Shown here: positions 44,677 through 48,944 of the stretch, piece by piece
Layout of the letters: the number at the start of each line of letters is the position of its first letter
How positions within the stretch are numbered: position 1 is the first letter of the stretch
Source: Syntrophaceae bacterium UBA1411
Lineage (GTDB): Bacteria; Desulfobacterota; Syntrophia; Syntrophales; Smithellaceae
NCBI GenBank assembly: GCA_002304995.1
Contig: DBPV01000044.1
Location: 79,943-128,886 of the forward strand
Direction: 5' to 3'
Length of the DNA: 48,944 nucleotides
Notes under the pieces: generated by a model
Database searches by the model: none
The model's input: only the letters and a program-made list of their open reading frames with translations
What the model was told of the DNA's origin: nothing
Made by a program: the position numbers and the translations under genes

Positions 44677-46560
44677 TCAGTTGGTTTCTGCTGCGTCGGT
44701 GAAATCGATTTTCAGTTCGTAAACCCCCATGTCCAGGTGCGTCGTCATCGGATAGCCGGACTTGGAGAACACGCGCATCATCGGATGGTTGCGCGACAGG
44801 ACGTCCGCCGTGAATCCCGTAATGTTCTTTCCTTTCGCAATGCGGATCAGGTACTGCAGGAGAAATGTCCCGATGCCCCGGTTCTGCCAGTCCTGGTGCG
44901 TGGTAAAGGCCACTTCGGCGTAGCGGGTTTTCGGATCGTTCACGTAATGCCCGATCGCCACGATCTTTTCGCGGCTCTCCGGCTCCTCCTTGCCGATCAC
45001 CGCGGCAATGGCCATTTTGTCGTTGTAGTCGATGGCCGCCAGCGGCATGGCGACTTTATGGGAAAAGGACTTCAGGTTGTGGAAGAAGCGGGTGTAGACG
45101 TCCTGCTCGGGCAGATCGTAAATCAAATCCTGAATGGCGCGTTCGTCGGTGGCCCGCACCGGACGGAAAAACAGCGTCGTGCTCTTCTTGTCCACCCAGT
45201 TGATTTCGTATTCCTTCGGATACAGCACCACCGGCAGGGTCTGATCGCGGTAAATGTAACCCTGGCGCTTGGCCGCCTCCAAAAGTTCGTCGCGGAACTT
45301 GGGGTGCGCGATGTTGATGAGCATCATGGCCCGGTCGCGGATGGATTTGCCGTGCACGTAGGCGATGCCGTATTCCGTCACCACGTAATGAATGTCGCCG
45401 CGGGTGACGACCACGCCGCTGCCGGGCGACAAATAGGGCACGATGCGGGAAATGCTGCCGTCCTCCGTCGTGGAGGGCAGCACCATGATCGACTTGCCGC
45501 GCTTCGACATGGCCGACCCGCGCACGAAATCGACCTGCCCGCCGATGCCGCTGTAAAACTCAAAGCCCAGCGAATCGGAACAGACCTGCCCCGTCAGATC
45601 CACGGTCAGCGCGGAATTGATGGACACCATCCGGTCGTTCTGCGCGATGATGTAGGGATCGTTCACGTACTGGCAGGGGCGAAATTCGAACAGCGGGTTG
45701 TTGTTGATATACTCGTAGAGGCGCCGCGTGCCCATGCAGAAGGAGGCCACCACCTTGCCCGGATGCAGCGATTTTTTCCGGCAGGTCACCACGCCGCTCT
45801 CGATCAGATCGATCAGGCCGTCGTTGAAGGTTTCCGTGTGCACGCCCAGGTCCTTCTTGTTTTTCAGATAGGGAAAGACGGAATTGGGAATTTTCCCCAC
45901 GCCGGTCTGAATCGTCGATTCGTTGTCGATCAGGTCGGCGATGAGCTGCCCGATGGACTGGGCGATGTTGTCCGGCGATTTCTGCACGAACTCCAGAAGC
46001 GGCGCGTTGTTTTCCACGAACGCGGAAATCTCGCTCACATGCATAAAACTGTCGCCCAGCGTCCGGGGCATGTTCGTGTTGACCTCGGCCACCACGTAGC
46101 TCGCCGTCTGCGCCGCCGTCTTGGTAATGTCCACGGAAATCCCCAGACTGACGTAGCCGTTCATGTCCGGCGGAGACACGGTGATCAGCGCGACATCGAT
46201 GGGCATGGAGCCGCGCTGCATCAGCAGGGGCACTTCCGACAGGAAGATGGGCGTATAGTCGGCGCGGCCCGCCTGAATCGCCGCGCGGGCGTTCTCCCCG
46301 ATGAAAAGCGCGTTGTGGCGGAAATGCGCGGTGTAAATGTCCGACGTGTAATCGGTCAGCCCGAGATCGAGAAAGTGGATGATTTCCACGTCGGCGAACA
46401 TGCGCGCCATGTCCAGCAGCGTCTGGACCAGCAACTGCGGCTCGCCGCAGGCGGACGCGATGAAGATCCGCGCGCCGCGCCGGATTTTTGCAAGCGCGGT
46501 GTGCGCGTCGGTCAGTTTTTCCTTGTACATCTTCGGCCAGTCGAGAATCATAACGGCCAT
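44677..46560 (-). CDS. acetyl-CoA hydrolase/CoA-transferase fused to a C-terminal GNAT domain
   Basis: ADYTPIFLSEVP, LGVHTE (catalytic Glu), SGIGGQVDF and VVTEYG, then YTRFF, AEVAF and QNRGIG. Confidence 0.93.
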   Translation of the reverse strand: MAVMILDWPKMYKEKLTDAHTALAKIRRGARIFIASACGEPQLLVQTLLDMARMFADVEIIHFLDLGLTDYTSDIYTAHFRHNALFIGENARAAIQAGRADYTPIFLSEVPLLMQRGSMPIDVALITVSPPDMNGYVSLGISVDITKTAAQTASYVVAEVNTNMPRTLGDSFMHVSEISAFVENNAPLLEFVQKSPDNIAQSIGQLIADLIDNESTIQTGVGKIPNSVFPYLKNKKDLGVHTETFNDGLIDLIESGVVTCRKKSLHPGKVVASFCMGTRRLYEYINNNPLFEFRPCQYVNDPYIIAQNDRMVSINSALTVDLTGQVCSDSLGFEFYSGIGGQVDFVRGSAMSKRGKSIMVLPSTTEDGSISRIVPYLSPGSGVVVTRGDIHYVVTEYGIAYVHGKSIRDRAMMLINIAHPKFRDELLEAAKRQGYIYRDQTLPVVLYPKEYEINWVDKKSTTLFFRPVRATDERAIQDLIYDLPEQDVYTRFFHNLKSFSHKVAMPLAAIDYNDKMAIAAVIGKEEPESREKIVAIGHYVNDPKTRYAEVAFTTHQDWQNRGIGTFLLQYLIRIAKGKNITGFTADVLSRNHPMMRVFSKSGYPMTTHLDMGVYELKIDFTDAAETN

Positions 46561-46647
46561 CCTTCTATAGGGTAAACCGCAGGGGCCGGCCGCACCCGCG
46601 CCAAAGGCCCGTCTCGGCCGCCGCCGGCCCTTCCGGAGTGTTTTTCA

Positions 46648-47082
46648 TCAAAAAGCGCCGAGCTGGCAGGGCTTGACTTTGATTTTCAGCGCTTCACAGG
46701 CGGCGCAGACATCCATCCGCTTGAGGTTCGAATGCTCTGCAATTTTCCAGGCCGCTGCGCAGGGCAGACGGTTGCCGACCAGGGCGGCCCGGATGTCCGC
46801 TTCCAGCTGTGGAGAAACGGATTCCGCGGGGACCACCGCCTTCGATTTTGCATCGTAGCCGAAAAGGCCGAGCTGGCAGTGCGCGATGTTGATGTTGAGC
46901 ATGTCGATGGCCGTGCCGACGTCGCTCATCGGCGCGCCGCCGTCGCGCGAAATCTTTTCCGCCGCCTTGCAGGAAATGTTGTTGTCTTTGGTCTGTTTCA
47001 GGACCGCCTGCCGGAGCGTTTCGCTCACCTGGGTGCCTTCGGGATGTTTCTTGAAATACTTTCCTTTATCCTCATGTGCCAT
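46648..47082 (-). CDS. hypothetical protein with two Cys-containing repeats
   Basis: SCKAAEKI...HCQLGLF and PCAAAWKI...PCQLGAF. GAGG RBS. Confidence 0.8.
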   Translation of the reverse strand: MAHEDKGKYFKKHPEGTQVSETLRQAVLKQTKDNNISCKAAEKISRDGGAPMSDVGTAIDMLNINIAHCQLGLFGYDAKSKAVVPAESVSPQLEADIRAALVGNRLPCAAAWKIAEHSNLKRMDVCAACEALKIKVKPCQLGAF

Positions 47083-47095
47083 AATCTTTTCCTCA

Positions 47096-47551
47096 TCAAT
47101 ACTTCATGTAGTGGAACGGCTCGATGGCCGACAGCGCTTCCGTGTCCAGCGTCTTGAATCCATTCTTTTCCACGAGCTTTTCCGTTTTTTCAATTTGATC
47201 CACGTCCACGACAAAAACGGCCTTTTCCGAACATTCCAGGACAAACCCGTAGGCGTTGTTGATGTTGATGCCTTCCCGGTAGAGCAGCTGCATCAGCTTG
47301 TCGAGGCCGCCGGGCCGGTCGGGAATCAACACCGCCAGAACATTTTTCAGCTGAACGGTCATCCCCGCTTTGGCGAGCGTCTTTTCCGCCCGCTTCGGAT
47401 CGTCAACGATGAAGTTGATCACGCCGGAGGTGCCGAACGTCGAAATGGTGGTCGCCCGGATGCTGATGTCGGCCTTGGCCAGAACGCCCGTCACGCCGGC
47501 CAGCTGACCCGGTTTGTTGTCCGCTTTCACGGAAAGCTGATATGCAATCAT
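47096..47551 (-). CDS. double ACT-domain protein
   Basis: QLSV..DNKPGQL and DRPGGL...ININNAY. AAGGAG RBS. Confidence 0.9.
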   Translation of the reverse strand: MIAYQLSVKADNKPGQLAGVTGVLAKADISIRATTISTFGTSGVINFIVDDPKRAEKTLAKAGMTVQLKNVLAVLIPDRPGGLDKLMQLLYREGININNAYGFVLECSEKAVFVVDVDQIEKTEKLVEKNGFKTLDTEALSAIEPFHYMKY

Positions 47552-47684
47552 ACGTTTCTCCTTAAAAAAACTGGGATCATCGCGTTAAAGCCGTATTCTC
47601 CGTTATTCCCGTTACATCCTGCATCGGGAGGTCGTTTTTGTCGCCTCTTTTGTACAATTGTGCGGTTATTTTATCAAGTTAAAT

Positions 47685-47703
47685 CTCCGGCCGCAGGCCG
47701 GAG
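47685..47703 (-). terminator. hairpin immediately after the acyl-CoA ligase stop
   Basis: ctccggcc-gca-ggccggag; only a weak U-rich tail. Confidence 0.35.
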
Positions 47704-47709
47704 GGCGCG

Positions 47710-48944
47710 TCAGCTTTCCGTTTCCATCGCCACCAGGCTGCCCTTGCCGATATACTTTTCGCGCAGTTTCGGCTTTTCAATTTTCCCGGTGGGATTGCGG
47801 GGCACCGCGTCGAAAAAGATTTTATGCGGGCGCTTGTAGCGCGGCAGCGCGGCGCAGAATCGGACGATGTCGTCCGGCGTCGCCGAAAAGCCGGGTTTGA
47901 GGTCGATGATCGCCGCGGTAATTTCGCCCAGACGATGGTCGGGAAGGCCGATCACGGCCGCATCCTTGACGGCGTCGTGCGTGCGCAGAAAATCCTCGAT
48001 CTGCACCGGATAGATGTTCTCGCCGCCCGTGATGATGACGTCCTTTTTGCGGTCCACGAGATAGATGAAGCCGTCCTCGTCCGTACGCGCCATGTCGCCC
48101 GTGTAAAGCCAGCCGTCTTTGAGGACCTCGGCGGTGGCCTGGGGATTGTTGTAGTAGCGCTTCATCACGCCCGCGCCCCGGACGCACAGCTCGCCGACTG
48201 CGCCGGGCTTTACGGGAACGCCGCCTTCATCCACAATCCGGACCTCCCACTTGTATCCGGCCTTGCCGATCGCGCCCACCTTGGAGATGTTTTCAATGCC
48301 GAGGTGAACACAGCCGGGCCCGATCGATTCCGAAAGGCCGTAGTTGGTATCGTAGTCGTGGTTCGGAAAATGCCGCTTCCAGCGCTTGATCAGGCTGGGG
48401 GGAACCGGCTGAGCGCCGATGTGCATCAGTTTCCACTGGCCGAGGGTGTAATTTTCGAGCCGGATGTCGCCGCGTTCGATGCTGTCCAGAATGTCCTGCG
48501 CCCACGGCACCAGAAGCCAGACGTTGGTGATGCCCTCCTCGGACACCGCCCGGATGATCCACTCGGGCCTCACGCCGCGCAGCAGGACGGCCCGGCTTGC
48601 GGAAAGGAGGCTGCCGAACCAGTGCATCTTCGCGCCGGTGTGGTACAGGGGCGGAATGCACAGAAAGTTGTCCGTCCGCGTCTGGCGGTGGTGGTTCATC
48701 TCGCATTCGCAGGCCAGCATCAGGGCGCTGTGCCCGTGGAGAATCGCCTTCGGAAAACCGGTGGTGCCGGACGAAAAATAAATAGCGGCGTCGTCATCGT
48801 CGGCAAGCGGAATTTTCGGCGCGGCGGAGGAACAGCAGGCGGTGAGCGCATAGTAGCTTTCGGCAAACGCGGGACAGCCCTGGCCGACAAAAAGACGGAT
48901 TTTCACGTTGGGAATCTGCCCGCCGATCGCGGCCACCCGTCCGG
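47710..48944 (-). CDS. class I adenylate-forming enzyme (acyl-CoA ligase); 5'-truncated
   Basis: FSSGTTGFPK, YGLSE, LYTGD, DRKKDVIITGGENIYP and PRNPTGK. Confidence 0.93.
   Translation of the reverse strand, partial: GRVAAIGGQIPNVKIRLFVGQGCPAFAESYYALTACCSSAAPKIPLADDDDAAIYFSSGTTGFPKAILHGHSALMLACECEMNHHRQTRTDNFLCIPPLYHTGAKMHWFGSLLSASRAVLLRGVRPEWIIRAVSEEGITNVWLLVPWAQDILDSIERGDIRLENYTLGQWKLMHIGAQPVPPSLIKRWKRHFPNHDYDTNYGLSESIGPGCVHLGIENISKVGAIGKAGYKWEVRIVDEGGVPVKPGAVGELCVRGAGVMKRYYNNPQATAEVLKDGWLYTGDMARTDEDGFIYLVDRKKDVIITGGENIYPVQIEDFLRTHDAVKDAAVIGLPDHRLGEITAAIIDLKPGFSATPDDIVRFCAALPRYKRPHKIFFDAVPRNPTGKIEKPKLREKYIGKGSLVAMETES

Noticed and set aside
44533-46575. 680-aa plus-strand ORF
   Set aside because: Antisense shadow of the CoA-transferase-GNAT gene. 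The same applies to 10917-12425, 17255-18745, 19810-21327, 38710-40200 and 42296-43744.

Overview
High-GC bacterial chromosomal window with about 44 CDS, two of them truncated by the window edges. Gene content and order suggest an anaerobic Desulfobacterota genome, probably Syntrophales/Smithella-like (inference). It is mostly core and housekeeping: glyA, groES/groEL, radA, gltX, fused ispDF, PIN-TRAM, carD, nlpD, pcm, mltA, recN, nadK, bamD and trxA, plus envelope hydrolases and an acyl-CoA metabolism cluster at the right end. I saw no rRNA, tRNA, CRISPR array, transposase or prophage gene. The most striking signal is a cofactor-independent phosphoglycerate mutase homologue (26433-28022) that is circularly permuted: the canonical C-terminal ~300 residues come first and the canonical N-terminal ~210 residues come last. 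It also has altered substrate-loop motifs. Other signals are a ZMP/ZTP riboswitch with an apparent anti-SD platform upstream of glyA, an orphan structured leader at 13668-13793, two copies of a REP-like palindrome, a Tat-signal flavodoxin-ferredoxin, and a CoA-transferase-GNAT fusion beside an acyl-CoA ligase. All calls come from motif recognition by eye; no database searches were run.
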